DNA of 64,000 bases. Source: Candidatus Latescibacterota bacterium. GTDB lineage: Bacteria > Latescibacterota > CBDEFO01. Under the pieces are notes generated by a model. The model did no database searches and was not told where the DNA came from. It saw only the letters and a list, made by a program, of their open reading frames with translations. Shown here piece after piece: positions 9,631-19,839 of the stretch (within the stretch, counting starts at the first letter, position 1; the number at the start of each line of letters is the position of its first letter). Made by a program: the position numbers and the translations under genes. The stretch lies in NCBI GenBank assembly GCA_965237525.1, contig CBDEFO010000008.1, positions 1,664,001 through 1,728,000 of the forward strand. Reading direction: 5' to 3'.

Positions 9631-12600
9631 TCAGGCCAAGAGTCTTTCTATCCTTCTTGAGATAGCATTCCAATTGAACTTTTCTACTGCCCTTTTTCTT
9701 CCTTGCTTCCCTAACTCAACTCTCAACTTCTCATCGTCCAGGAGTCTTATCACGGTCTCAGCGATCTGCTCTGGACTTTTCGGATCAATTAGAACTCCAG
9801 AGCAACCGTCCTCCACCGCATCTTCCACACCTCCGGATCTTCCGCCTATTACGGCCACTCTGCAAGCGGAAGCCTCCAAAAATGTGATGCCGAATCCCTC
9901 GACGTCTTTTTCTGTCTCCCGACTCGCCATAATGTAGACATCCGCCATATTATAGATCTCACACATATCCTGATCGGGTATGTAACCTAAAAAGGTCACG
10001 TGTTCCCCTAGTCCGAGTCGGTGCACCAAATCCTCAAGCTGAGGTCTGTATTCACCCTTTCCCGCGATCAAATAGTGCACGTCTTTGTACCTCTTCAGGA
10101 TGAAAGGCATCGCAGTAATAACCATATCCTGGCCCTTTCTCTCCACAATCCGAGCCAGTGTCAAAATGACCTTTTTGCCCTTGAAGCCGTACCGGGTCTT
10201 CAATTCATACTGCCTATCCAGAGGACGGAACCTCTCTGTATCTACACCATTTGGTATCAGCACGATCTTGTCCACGGATATTCCAATTCTCTTTAGCGAT
10301 TCTTTTGTGTGACGACTCACAGCTATCAGCCTGTGGCAGTTCTCCAAGACGTAGCGCATCAACAATCTCTTGAGTGGGCCATATCTCCTCTTTATCTCCA
10401 TACCGTGACATGCCACCACGACCTTCAGGCTACACCACCTGGAGATCAGAGTCGAGAAAAAGGCCATATCCCAGCAGGCGCTCAAGATTACGGGGCGTCT
10501 GTACTTCAAGAGGGCCTTAATAGTGTAATAGACCATATAGTAGTGCTTCAGTGAGACCCATCCCCGCCCTTCCATCTGCTCTATCTTGAAGTCCCCTTTC
10601 CAGGGAGCATTGCCACGGAAGCACTTCTTAGTAGCAAATACAATAGCCTCGCGCCTCCCGTGCAGAGAAAGTGGAACGTCCGCTGCAAGATGTCTTGCCA
10701 CAAGATGTCTTGCCACCTCGTGGCACCACCGGGCTATCCCACCGTCTTTGGGGGGAAAGTGCTCTGTAAAGAGGACGATCCTTTGGGGCGGCTTTATCGC
10801 GCTTTTGCGCTCTTCTTTCTTTGGAGTTTCCCTGTAGAACGCGAACTCTAATTCCTCTATCATCCTTTGGTAACTGAACTTGTCTCTTATCGTCTCTAAG
10901 GCGGCCTTCCCCAGAGCTTTCTCCTTTACAGGATCTTGAATCAGGACGCTGATAGCCTCTGACATTCCACGGACATCCCCAAAATCCACAAGTAGTCCGT
11001 TTTCTCTGTCCTTTATAACTTCAGCAATACCCGGAATCTTAAACGCCAGCAGGGGAATTGCCCTGGACATCGCCTCTAAGAGGGCGTTTGGCATCCCTTC
11101 AAACTCTGAACTTAAAGCAAATATATCCGTAGCTTCCAAAACGGAATTGACATCGTCTATGAATCCTGTGAAGATCACCTTCTCGAAGATGGAGAACTCT
11201 CTTGCCATATCCTTCAGACTATCGAGCCTTTCTCCACTTCCCACGATCATAAGCCGCGCTTGGGGATGCTCCAACGCTACATAGGAAAAGGCCTTTATTA
11301 ACAGATCAAACCTCTTTTGATGGGCCAGGCGCCCGAGGCCCGTTATCAGAATCTCATGCTCGCTGATTTCGTATTTTTCCCTTATATTGAGGCCGAGGCT
11401 CTTTGCGCCATCTGGAACAGCTCTAAGACCGTTATAGATTACCACGACCTTATCTATATCGAACCAATTAATTCCCGAAAGATAATCTCTGATCGCATGA
11501 GTGTTCACTATCAGTTTATCAAAGAGCCAGCGGAAGGAAATCTGCATCTTCAGGCTCAGAGGACGCCGCATAATCCCCATTCGAGCCAGCACCTTCGTTG
11601 GGCGATGTAGCTTTGCTGCTAAGCCAGCTAAAACGTAATCCCTCTGTAGTGTAGGGACCAGAATGTCTATATCCATCTTTTTCAGAGATAGAGCTATCTT
11701 GAAGGCAGTATAAAGATCGGAATCGTTTAAGAAAGGAAGCCTTAGAATTTTTATATCACTTTTTGAGGCCTTTTCCGCTATCAGGTCCCATCGGCAGGCC
11801 AAGTAGACGTTATGACCCGACTCTCTAATTCCGCTTGCAGCTTCGATTGTCCACTTTTCATTTCCTCCCCATTCGACGGCAGAATTGACAAACATTACAT
11901 TTAGTTTACTTGCCTTTCGCCCATATCTGACAGGAGATTTTGTCTCCTCTTGTAAATGCATGGTTGGGGTAACGCCGCCCCAGCGAACACGAGAGTTCCT
12001 CTCCAGCTCTCTTTCAAAGAGCCTCTCCAATTCGTCTACATTCTTCTCCAATGTAAACTCTTGCCTTACTCTCTCCGCCCCATCCTGACCCATCTTGGAC
12101 GCCAGGTCTTCATCGTTTAAGAGACGAGCTATACCATCTGCAATCGCGCGTACATCTTTTGGCTGGACAAGAAAGCCTGTGACTTTGTCCACCACTAACT
12201 CATTGACGCCTCCCACGTGGGTCGCCACCACCGGAATCCCCGCCGCCATCGCCTCCAGGATTACATTTGGTAGACCCTCATCCAGGGAAGTTAAGACGAA
12301 CACGTCCGAAGCCCTTAAAAGATCTGGGACGTCTTTTCTAAATCCTGTAAAAGTGAAATTATCGTTCAATCCCCAACTGCGCACGCGATCTTCCAGAACC
12401 TGTCTATCTGGTCCATCTCCTACTATCATAAAGTGAGCCTTTCTATGCTTCTGCAAGGTGAGCTTTGCCGCTTCTGCAAAGAATTCTAAGCCCTTCTGAA
12501 AAAATAGATTCCCCACAGCGCTCACGACTTTGTTATCCTGACCTATTCCCAATTTGCGTCTGATCTCCTCTCTTGGCATACAGACATCTGGCAACTGGAC

Positions 12601-13086
12601 ACCGTTTCTGATCACATGTATTCTCTTTTGATCGAGCCATGAAAATTCTATAAAACGATCTTTTATATGCTCTGCCGGGGTTATTATGCCATCTACCAGA
12701 ACCTTATGGGTAAACCTGTACCTTAATTTATCGTAGATGAGCGGAAGTCCCTTCCTGGCCATCACGACAGGCACAGATACAAGCCTTGCGGCTGTGCCCC
12801 CAATCCTCACATCTTTCTCAAAATTGCAGCATAGGACATCTATGCTCTGGCTTCTGAAGAACTGCGCCATCTTATATACGATCACGGGGGCAAAATCCCC
12901 TCTTATTCTAAAATGCTTAGTCCTGATCCCTCTATCTGAAGCATATTCGAGCCATAGAGCCCCTGGTTTGCCGCATACTACTACCTTGTGGCCTCTTTTC
13001 TGGAGTCCCGATGCGGCATCCACCATCCACTTTTCGCCGCCGCGCCATATGTCCTGCTTGATGGAGTTCAGAAAAGCTATGTTCAT
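9631..13086 (-). CDS. Glycosyltransferase with three tandem GT4 (GT-B) modules
   Basis: Three GGxE/GGIA-type N-termini and three EG[LMF]...LEA (EX7E) motifs in 1151 aa. Confidence 0.88.
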   Translation of the reverse strand: MNIAFLNSIKQDIWRGGEKWMVDAASGLQKRGHKVVVCGKPGALWLEYASDRGIRTKHFRIRGDFAPVIVYKMAQFFRSQSIDVLCCNFEKDVRIGGTAARLVSVPVVMARKGLPLIYDKLRYRFTHKVLVDGIITPAEHIKDRFIEFSWLDQKRIHVIRNGVQLPDVCMPREEIRRKLGIGQDNKVVSAVGNLFFQKGLEFFAEAAKLTLQKHRKAHFMIVGDGPDRQVLEDRVRSWGLNDNFTFTGFRKDVPDLLRASDVFVLTSLDEGLPNVILEAMAAGIPVVATHVGGVNELVVDKVTGFLVQPKDVRAIADGIARLLNDEDLASKMGQDGAERVRQEFTLEKNVDELERLFERELERNSRVRWGGVTPTMHLQEETKSPVRYGRKASKLNVMFVNSAVEWGGNEKWTIEAASGIRESGHNVYLACRWDLIAEKASKSDIKILRLPFLNDSDLYTAFKIALSLKKMDIDILVPTLQRDYVLAGLAAKLHRPTKVLARMGIMRRPLSLKMQISFRWLFDKLIVNTHAIRDYLSGINWFDIDKVVVIYNGLRAVPDGAKSLGLNIREKYEISEHEILITGLGRLAHQKRFDLLIKAFSYVALEHPQARLMIVGSGERLDSLKDMAREFSIFEKVIFTGFIDDVNSVLEATDIFALSSEFEGMPNALLEAMSRAIPLLAFKIPGIAEVIKDRENGLLVDFGDVRGMSEAISVLIQDPVKEKALGKAALETIRDKFSYQRMIEELEFAFYRETPKKEERKSAIKPPQRIVLFTEHFPPKDGGIARWCHEVARHLVARHLAADVPLSLHGRREAIVFATKKCFRGNAPWKGDFKIEQMEGRGWVSLKHYYMVYYTIKALLKYRRPVILSACWDMAFFSTLISRWCSLKVVVACHGMEIKRRYGPLKRLLMRYVLENCHRLIAVSRHTKESLKRIGISVDKIVLIPNGVDTERFRPLDRQYELKTRYGFKGKKVILTLARIVERKGQDMVITAMPFILKRYKDVHYLIAGKGEYRPQLEDLVHRLGLGEHVTFLGYIPDQDMCEIYNMADVYIMASRETEKDVEGFGITFLEASACRVAVIGGRSGGVEDAVEDGCSGVLIDPKSPEQIAETVIRLLDDEKLRVELGKQGRKRAVEKFNWNAISRRIERLLA

Positions 13087-13148
13087 CTTTATCCTGTCAT
13101 GTACACGATTAGCACTACTTCTGGGAAATGATTAATAGACAAGGATAG

Positions 13149-13177
13149 AATATACGCCTAATCGTTAAAATCGTCAA
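13149..13177 (-). promoter_or_regulatory. Putative sigma-70 promoter of the glycosyltransferase operon
   Basis: TTGACG-N17-TATATT on the minus strand. Confidence 0.55.
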
Positions 13178-13206
13178 GCTGAAATGCCCTGCTTTTCTTT
13201 TTTCAG

Positions 13207-13235
13207 TTGACACCTTTGCAAGAATATGCTACCTT
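13207..13235 (+). promoter_or_regulatory. Putative sigma-70 promoter (divergent)
   Basis: TTGACA-N17-TACCTT with extended TG. Confidence 0.5.
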
Positions 13236-13512
13236 CATATTGTCTTAAGTTGTGTGCTATTCAACATAAGGAGTGTTCGTTTGCACCGGGAAGGGAAATC
13301 AGGTTCATACACCTTGAAAGGGCATGGCGATCCGAGTCGGGGACAATCTCATCGCCGCCCGATCGGGGGACGGGTGCTGGATGTTCCAAGGAATGCCGAA
13401 CGGGGATATTACCGCTGAGACGGTAGTCTGGCTCGGTAAGATCTATCATGCAGTCGGAGGAGGAGCTGCATTGCATAAGTATTCCAATTTCACCCATAAA
13501 TAGAGGAGAAAA

Positions 13513-14286
13513 ATGCGCATCGTTCAGATATCCGATATTCACTTTGGGCCATTCAGGCCCGCCACCTGGCAGCATATGCAGGTAGCCCTTGAACTGATCG
13601 AAGACGATTCTCCAGATCTGGTGATCTTCAGCGGCGATATCTGCAGCAACGGAGATAATAGTCCTGCAGACTACGGTTACGCCAAGGCGCGCCTGGACGA
13701 TTTGACCATACCGTGGAGGGCGATTCCGGGGAATCACGACGTCGGATGCCATCCCCACAGCCAGACTGCGGGGAGCTTAAAGATGGATGCGATTGAGAGA
13801 TTTCGAAAGTTCATTGGGCCTGACCGCTGGAGCCAGGACGACGGTGATATTAAGGTCATCGCCATCAATAGCGAACTTGCCGGCAGCGGTTCCCTTGAGG
13901 AGCGGGAGCAGTTAGCCTGGCTCAGAGGTGAGATAGCTTCTTCTCCAGTTGGCGGCTCCATTGTCTTTATGCACTCGATGTGTTACATAAGGGACGTGGA
14001 GGAAGAATCGTGCTACTGGACTTTGGACCCTGAACCCCGCAAGGAGTTGTTAGGTATATTCCACGAAGGACCGGTACAGGCTGTCTTCAACGGTCACCTG
14101 CACTTTCATTTTCAGATCGAGCATCAGGGACTGCCGCTCTATTCGTGTCCTGCAACGGGGTTTCCGCTTGGGGACAATTCCTTTCCGGAGGTAGGCGACA
14201 GTCGGGAGGGATATTTCGTGATCGATGCGACCAAATCCAGCGTATCTTATGACAAGAAACTTCTGCCCCAGGATCGGCTCAAATAG
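13513..14286 (+). CDS. Calcineurin-like metallophosphoesterase (CpdA/Icc-like)
   Basis: SDIH, GD, PGNHD, GHLH motifs. Confidence 0.88.
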   Translation: MRIVQISDIHFGPFRPATWQHMQVALELIEDDSPDLVIFSGDICSNGDNSPADYGYAKARLDDLTIPWRAIPGNHDVGCHPHSQTAGSLKMDAIERFRKFIGPDRWSQDDGDIKVIAINSELAGSGSLEEREQLAWLRGEIASSPVGGSIVFMHSMCYIRDVEEESCYWTLDPEPRKELLGIFHEGPVQAVFNGHLHFHFQIEHQGLPLYSCPATGFPLGDNSFPEVGDSREGYFVIDATKSSVSYDKKLLPQDRLK

Positions 14287-14366
14287 TGGTACAGGCTGAA
14301 CGTTCTGACAAAAGTTTTTTAGATATTCGGACATGAGGCACAATACTACGACAGGAGGTTACTGCT

Positions 14367-15242
14367 ATGGAAAAGGTAGATGTACACGTCCATGTGTTCG
14401 ACAAGCTGAGCGACAAATTCCCCCGAGAAGTGGGCACACTGGCCCCTGCGGAGAAAGAGGCGACGGCTGAACAGCTCCTGCGGGAGATGGACTCCGGGGA
14501 GATAGATCGTGCGGTGTTGATCGATATGGGAGGGACCAAGATGGAACATCACCGATACGTGACGCACTGCGTTAAGCAGTGGCCCGATCGTTTCACAGCC
14601 ACAGGTTTAGTGGACGTAGATGATCCCGATCCGCCGGCAAGGCTCAGGGAACTATTTGAGGCCACCGGGATCGAGGGCATCAGGATTGGTGCTCTGGGCG
14701 ACCCCTCTGTTGAAAGTCCTGAAGATTTGAATAGCTACGCTCTGTTCGAGTGCGCTGACGAGTTGGGCATCAATATTAATATCTACGCAGGAAGCGGACA
14801 GGTCCCCTGTATAGAGATGCTGGCTCGAGCCTTCCCAGGTGTGAATATCTCCCTGGATCATCTCGGCGTCTGCCCTACCACGTCCAATATTCCGGACCGT
14901 TGGGGGCGACCCCGCTTCGATGACGAACCTCTCCCTCCTTCGACCTATCCGAAGATCGCTGAGATGGCGAAGTACCCCAACCTCTATATCAAAATCTCCG
15001 GAGAATACGCCTTCTCAAAAGTGCCCTGTCCCTATGAGGATATGCAGCCGATGGTCGAGACGATCTACCGGGCATACGGTCCGGAGAGGATGATGTGGTG
15101 CACTGACTTTCCGTGGATCGTCGTGGAGCCGGGATACCAAAGGCTTGTGGAGCTGATCGGCCATCACCTTCCGTCTATCTCCGAGGAGGAGATGGACATG
15201 ATCGTGGGAGGAACTGCCCTCAAGGTATGGTTCAAAAGATAG
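14367..15242 (+). CDS. Amidohydrolase family 2 protein (sugar-lactonase-like), copy 1
   Basis: DVHVH, LDHLG, KISG, MWCTDFP. Confidence 0.88.
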   Translation: MEKVDVHVHVFDKLSDKFPREVGTLAPAEKEATAEQLLREMDSGEIDRAVLIDMGGTKMEHHRYVTHCVKQWPDRFTATGLVDVDDPDPPARLRELFEATGIEGIRIGALGDPSVESPEDLNSYALFECADELGININIYAGSGQVPCIEMLARAFPGVNISLDHLGVCPTTSNIPDRWGRPRFDDEPLPPSTYPKIAEMAKYPNLYIKISGEYAFSKVPCPYEDMQPMVETIYRAYGPERMMWCTDFPWIVVEPGYQRLVELIGHHLPSISEEEMDMIVGGTALKVWFKR

Positions 15243-15370
15243 TGGACAGCACGGAGGAAGGCTAATCTTTGATGGCTCATGGTGGTTTTGCCCTGACTAC
15301 TGCGCAAACCACTTCGTGGCTTCTTGCCACATGCCCCAGCACAGCGCCCGTGGCGCTTCGCCGCTACGTT

Positions 15371-15636
15371 ACTTTGGATCCTGAACCCCGGAAGGAGTTG
15401 TTAGGTATTTTTCCCGAACGCCCTGTGATGGCTGTCTTCAACGGTTATCTGCGCTTTCATTTTCAGATCGAGCATTGGGGACTGCCACTCTATAGGTGTC
15501 CTGCAAGGGGGTTTCCGATTGGGACAATTCCTTTCCGGAGGTAGGCGACATCCGGGAGGGCTATTTGGTGCTTGATACGACCAAATCCACCGTATCTTAT
15601 GACAAGAAACTTCTGCCCCAGGATCAGCTCGAATAG
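15371..15636 (+). pseudogene. Duplicated 3' fragment of the metallophosphoesterase gene
   Basis: Near copy of 14020-14286 lacking the 5' part, with GHLH changed to GYLR and a 1-nt deletion. Confidence 0.85.
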
Positions 15637-15716
15637 AGGCGATAGGCTGCACGTTCTGACAGTTGTTTTTTGGTATTCCAACATAGATCACAATTTGACG
15701 ACCGGAGGTTATTGCT

Positions 15717-16592
15717 GTGGAAAAGGTAGATGCACACGTCCATGTGTTCGACAAGTTGAGCGATAAATTCCCCCGAGAAGTGGGCGGTCTGGCGCCTGCG
15801 GAGAAAGAGGCGACGGCCGAACAGCTCCTGCGGGAGATGGACGCTGGGGGGATAGATCGGGCGGTGTTGATCGGTATGGGAGGGACTAAGATCGAATATC
15901 ACAGATACGTGACCCACTGCGTTAAGCAGTGGCCCGATCGCTTCACATCCACAGGGTTAGTGGATGTAGCTGACGCCGATCCACCGGCAAGGCTCAGGGA
16001 ACTATTTGAGGCTACCGGGATCGAGGGCATCAGGATCGGAGATATGGGCGATCCCTCTGTCGAAAGTCCCGAAGATTTGACTGCCTACGCTCTGTTCCAG
16101 TGCGCTGACGAGCTGGGCATCAATATCAATATCTCCTGTGGAAGACCGCAGGTCCCCTGTATAGAGATGCTAACTCGCGCCTTCCCACGTGTGAACATCT
16201 CACTGGATCATCTCGCCGTCTGCCCGACCACAGCCGGTACTACAGACCGGTGGGGGCGACCCCGCTGCGATGACGAACCGATCCCTCCTTCGACCTATTC
16301 GAAGATCGCTGAGCTGGCGAAGTATCCCAACCTCTATATCAAAGTTTCTGGAGAATACGCCTTCTCAAAAGTGCCCTGTCCCTATGAAGATATGAAGCCG
16401 ATGGTCGAACAGATCTATCGGGCATACGGTCCAGAAAGGATGATGTGGTGCACCGACTTTCCATGGATCGTCGTGGAGCCGGGCTATCAAAGGCTTGTGG
16501 AGTTGATCGGCCATCACCTTCCCTCTATCTCCGAGGAGGAGATGGACATGATCATGGGAGGAACTGCCCTCAAGGTATGGTTCAAAGGGTAG
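15717..16592 (+). CDS. Amidohydrolase family 2 protein, copy 2
   Basis: Same length (291 aa) and highly similar to 14367-15242. Confidence 0.88.
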   Translation: MEKVDAHVHVFDKLSDKFPREVGGLAPAEKEATAEQLLREMDAGGIDRAVLIGMGGTKIEYHRYVTHCVKQWPDRFTSTGLVDVADADPPARLRELFEATGIEGIRIGDMGDPSVESPEDLTAYALFQCADELGININISCGRPQVPCIEMLTRAFPRVNISLDHLAVCPTTAGTTDRWGRPRCDDEPIPPSTYSKIAELAKYPNLYIKVSGEYAFSKVPCPYEDMKPMVEQIYRAYGPERMMWCTDFPWIVVEPGYQRLVELIGHHLPSISEEEMDMIMGGTALKVWFKG

Positions 16593-16783
16593 TGGACAGC
16601 ACGGTGCGGGGTGCCTTAGGGGCGAGGGGTCCCCGATTGAATCTATCGGGGACCACCCCTACATTCTTAGGGGCACGTTCATCCATATATGCTACTGTTG
16701 TAGGGTCAGACGCGTGTGTCTACCTCCAAGAGCGAGTGGATCTACGCTCTACGTTCTGATCACTGTTTTCGTGTTTCTGGTGG

Positions 16784-18934
16784 CTATATCCAGAACACCT
16801 GGTTGCCGGTCATTCCCGTGAAATAGTCTATAATGAGCCAAATACCGGCTATTACGAACTGCCCTAAAATCAGACCTAAGAAGAAGGGGCGGGTGCCTCT
16901 GAACCATCTAATTCCCCCGTACTTCAAAATCACAGCTTTCAAAAGCCATGCCAAAAAGATGCTGAACCATATATGGTCCATCAGCCACACTGCGCCTATG
17001 GGATACCCGATAGGATGAAAGGGCAACGCCAAAAAGCGACGCCGAGCCACCATAAGGAGGCCCATAATAAAGGCTCCGACTCCTGTGTGAATCCAGCCCC
17101 CCCAATTGGGAGTAGTAGGATTGCTAAGATAGCTCCCAATAAAGCTGAACGGCTCTTTGGCCCCCGCGCCGAAGAACCATCCGTTCAAGTTGACCCCTCC
17201 TTCGCTGTACGAAAGCTCCAATATCATCCAGATCGATCCGAACAGACTGACGACAATGGAGAGCACCATCGCCCAAAAGAGCGGCTTCTTATTTTTCCCT
17301 ATCTCCTCAGCTAACTTCAGGCCGTGGGCAGAGGAGGCCATAACGAAGGTCCTTATGTCCGCCGACCAGACGTAAGTGAAGGCTAAGGCTGTCATGCCGG
17401 CGGGGCCGAGGGCAGAAGATCCTACTCCCGACACAACAAATGAGGACGAGATGGTAGAAGCCACCGCTTCAGCGACTCCGCTTTCGACGACGATCCGGGT
17501 CAATCCGAGGAATATCAGAAAGGCCCCGAACAGGAACAGAATTGCGATCCAGAGCGGCAGACCCGAGGCGTTCAGCCAGAATGTCATAAATGCCAGTCCG
17601 CCTATCATCCCGAAGACGGCGCTTCGGTAGGAGAGCATTTCCCCCGAATCGTCCACATCCTTTCCTCTCCCAAACGCCTTTGAGAAGACATTCTTAAGAT
17701 GCTCCCTGCCGATCCAGAGCCCCGATATAACCAGGACTATAATCGCTCCCATGCCCTGATGCGCCAGAATAGGTGTCTCCCTGCCAGCGCCGTATATACC
17801 CAAATTTTCCGTGCTGTGAACCCCTGTGACCCTGAATATCCCTTTTTGAATATTTGACAGGATATTGAAAAACCAGAGGGAAAAGGCTATGTCCAGATTG
17901 ATAAGATAGGAGAAGCCAATCATCGGAAAGCTCAAGTTGAAGGGCAGAGATATAGTGCGGCGGAACAGGGAAATGGAAGTTGATGTGCTCAGTTCAGGGA
18001 TAAAGCTGTAATATCTATGCAGAGCATTTAGAGTGCTTATTATTGCCGGGATTAGAAAGCCTGCCCACATAACGGGACTTTTGAAGAACGGATTCAAGAG
18101 CGAGCCTGACTCGTTTCTGACCATCTCCAGAGGCACCTGAACCAGGGGATATATCAATCTTTCCCTTTCGACCCACTGCCCGCGCACGATCACCATCGTG
18201 CATATCATAACAATATAGAGGGCAAAAAGAAAAGCTATCCAGTATATAAGGGGCACAATCCAGTCAGACCAGGGGATCGCCAGTCCTTCGGGCAGACCCT
18301 CGAAGAAGTACTCAATGACGTGGGGGTCTTGCGGCGCTATCCAATCGGGTATATGGGGGTGAATGAAGTAGCTCCATTCGTTCTCGGGCGAGGCATAGTA
18401 AAAGACGGCTGTAATAATCGGCAGCAGGTACTCTGAGACGCCCATCGTGGGTATGGCGGACGCTACGATCATCATCACATAGACGACTAAAAGCTCTCCC
18501 CGATTAAGGCTCAAGCTCTTCCCCAAAGATGCGAAGATGACGTTGACAGAGGCTAAAAGGAGGATAAAGATGGAGAATATAAGTCCAGGTGAGGCCAGCT
18601 CAAACTGGAAAGACGGATCGGTAACTTTGGTCACGCAGGGGATCGCCACAACAGCTAAGAATAACAGGGATGGAACAATCGCTCTGCCTGTGAGCTTCAA
18701 TACGACGTTGAGGACACCTACCAAAAAGAAAAACAAGAACAGTGCCCCGGGTGTGCTAAAGTCCAGAGCCATATAAGAGCCCCTTATGGCCATGTTTCCG
18801 TAAGGGCCTCCAATAGAGAGGAAAAAGGAGAAGAATGCGCCGATAAGAAAGGCCTTCAACGTGTAGCTGGAGGGAGAATTTGACTCGTCTTCAGCAAGTT
18901 CTGGATTTCTTGTCTTAGTATTTGCCTCATCCAT
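16784..18934 (-). CDS. Polytopic membrane protein, DUF6785/DUF6784-like (OPT-related putative transporter)
   Basis: QW...ERLIYPL, LTRIVVESG, PFHPIGY, KYGG...RPFFLGLILG motifs. Confidence 0.7.
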   Translation of the reverse strand: MDEANTKTRNPELAEDESNSPSSYTLKAFLIGAFFSFFLSIGGPYGNMAIRGSYMALDFSTPGALFLFFFLVGVLNVVLKLTGRAIVPSLLFLAVVAIPCVTKVTDPSFQFELASPGLIFSIFILLLASVNVIFASLGKSLSLNRGELLVVYVMMIVASAIPTMGVSEYLLPIITAVFYYASPENEWSYFIHPHIPDWIAPQDPHVIEYFFEGLPEGLAIPWSDWIVPLIYWIAFLFALYIVMICTMVIVRGQWVERERLIYPLVQVPLEMVRNESGSLLNPFFKSPVMWAGFLIPAIISTLNALHRYYSFIPELSTSTSISLFRRTISLPFNLSFPMIGFSYLINLDIAFSLWFFNILSNIQKGIFRVTGVHSTENLGIYGAGRETPILAHQGMGAIIVLVISGLWIGREHLKNVFSKAFGRGKDVDDSGEMLSYRSAVFGMIGGLAFMTFWLNASGLPLWIAILFLFGAFLIFLGLTRIVVESGVAEAVASTISSSFVVSGVGSSALGPAGMTALAFTYVWSADIRTFVMASSAHGLKLAEEIGKNKKPLFWAMVLSIVVSLFGSIWMILELSYSEGGVNLNGWFFGAGAKEPFSFIGSYLSNPTTPNWGGWIHTGVGAFIMGLLMVARRRFLALPFHPIGYPIGAVWLMDHIWFSIFLAWLLKAVILKYGGIRWFRGTRPFFLGLILGQFVIAGIWLIIDYFTGMTGNQVFWI

Positions 18935-19128
18935 TTGACATTGTCCTTTACAAGGGTATCGAGGAACTCTTTGGATAGATATGATTCATAGTATATTTTT
19001 GGTCAAGAAGTGGGTTACCGTAATTCCACCAATATAACGAAATGTCAGAATGGGAATCAAGGAGAAAGTATCATTGGAGGACAAGAATTCCCATCATACA
19101 ACTATTGAGATAATTCGGGAGAAAATAC

Positions 19129-19157
19129 TTGCACCGCGTGTCGAACTGTATTATCAT
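19129..19157 (+). promoter_or_regulatory. Putative sigma-70 promoter
   Basis: TTGCAC-N17-TATCAT. Confidence 0.4.
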
Positions 19158-19249
19158 ATTTTGTGCATATATCGAACTTTGCATACACAATCTAGAAATA
19201 GCAGTCAAATCCAGAAATAGGTAATGTAGGGGCTGGGTAATCCAGCCCA

Positions 19250-19461
19250 TTGAAGGCCCTCAGGGGTGTGTCCTCGACTGTGAAATTACCTCCAAGCCTG
19301 CGACCAGTGTAGATGAACCTGTACACGATAGCAGGGAAAGGAGACTCGATCTGGAAAGAAGGGGAAACGATTTTCGATTGAGCAAGTTCACCGGCTGGTC
19401 AGCAACGCGCAAACTGCGTTTTCACAACCCTTCCACGTTCGGCATCGTGGAGTTAGGGTAG
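19250..19461 (+). pseudogene. Degraded inverted copy of the 3' end of the CBM9-like gene at 21293-22063
   Basis: Translates GNDFRLSKFTGWSATRKLRFHNPSTFGIVELG* versus GNDFPLTEFTGWSATHKVGFHDPSRFGVVEFR*; frameshifts upstream; downstream flanks also similar. Confidence 0.85.
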
Positions 19462-19839
19462 AAGATAAGAAGAAGGGAATTCAATTTAGTGCTCTGTCAA
19501 CTCGAGGCAAAGTCTGTGTGATCTCATACTCAGGAGCTGCGCCTTATGGCATTCAGGTGCTTCCCAGAAGGACAAATGTACGGTTTAACCGTAGAAGAGA
19601 CGGGAATATAGAAGGATTTTCATAAAAGTTAAAGTCTTTGGATATGAGAAACAGAGTTTCACTCAAAGGGCTGCATATACGAACTTGGAATATCACACCG
19701 AAATGGAAAGATATGAGAAATAGTCGCGATATAGACAAGTTAGCCGCAAGCCACGCAGACCTCTTTACTGAATCCAAGGTATTCATGCGGGCGTCTATAA
19801 CCAAAGGATACAAAAACCTCAAACACGGAGCTACAGATC

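Noticed and set aside
13226..13503. Short ORFs or a riboswitch in the leader of the phosphoesterase gene
   Set aside because: No recognisable motif or convincing RBS
19226..19800. Apparent large structured ncRNA: nested stems such as CCTCGA/TCGAGG, TGTGAAA/TTTCACA and GACCAG/CTGGTC downstream of a promoter
   Set aside because: The core (19250-19485) is a degraded copy of the CBM9-like coding sequence, so the short stems are probably chance; no RNase P, tmRNA, SRP or riboswitch signature was seen
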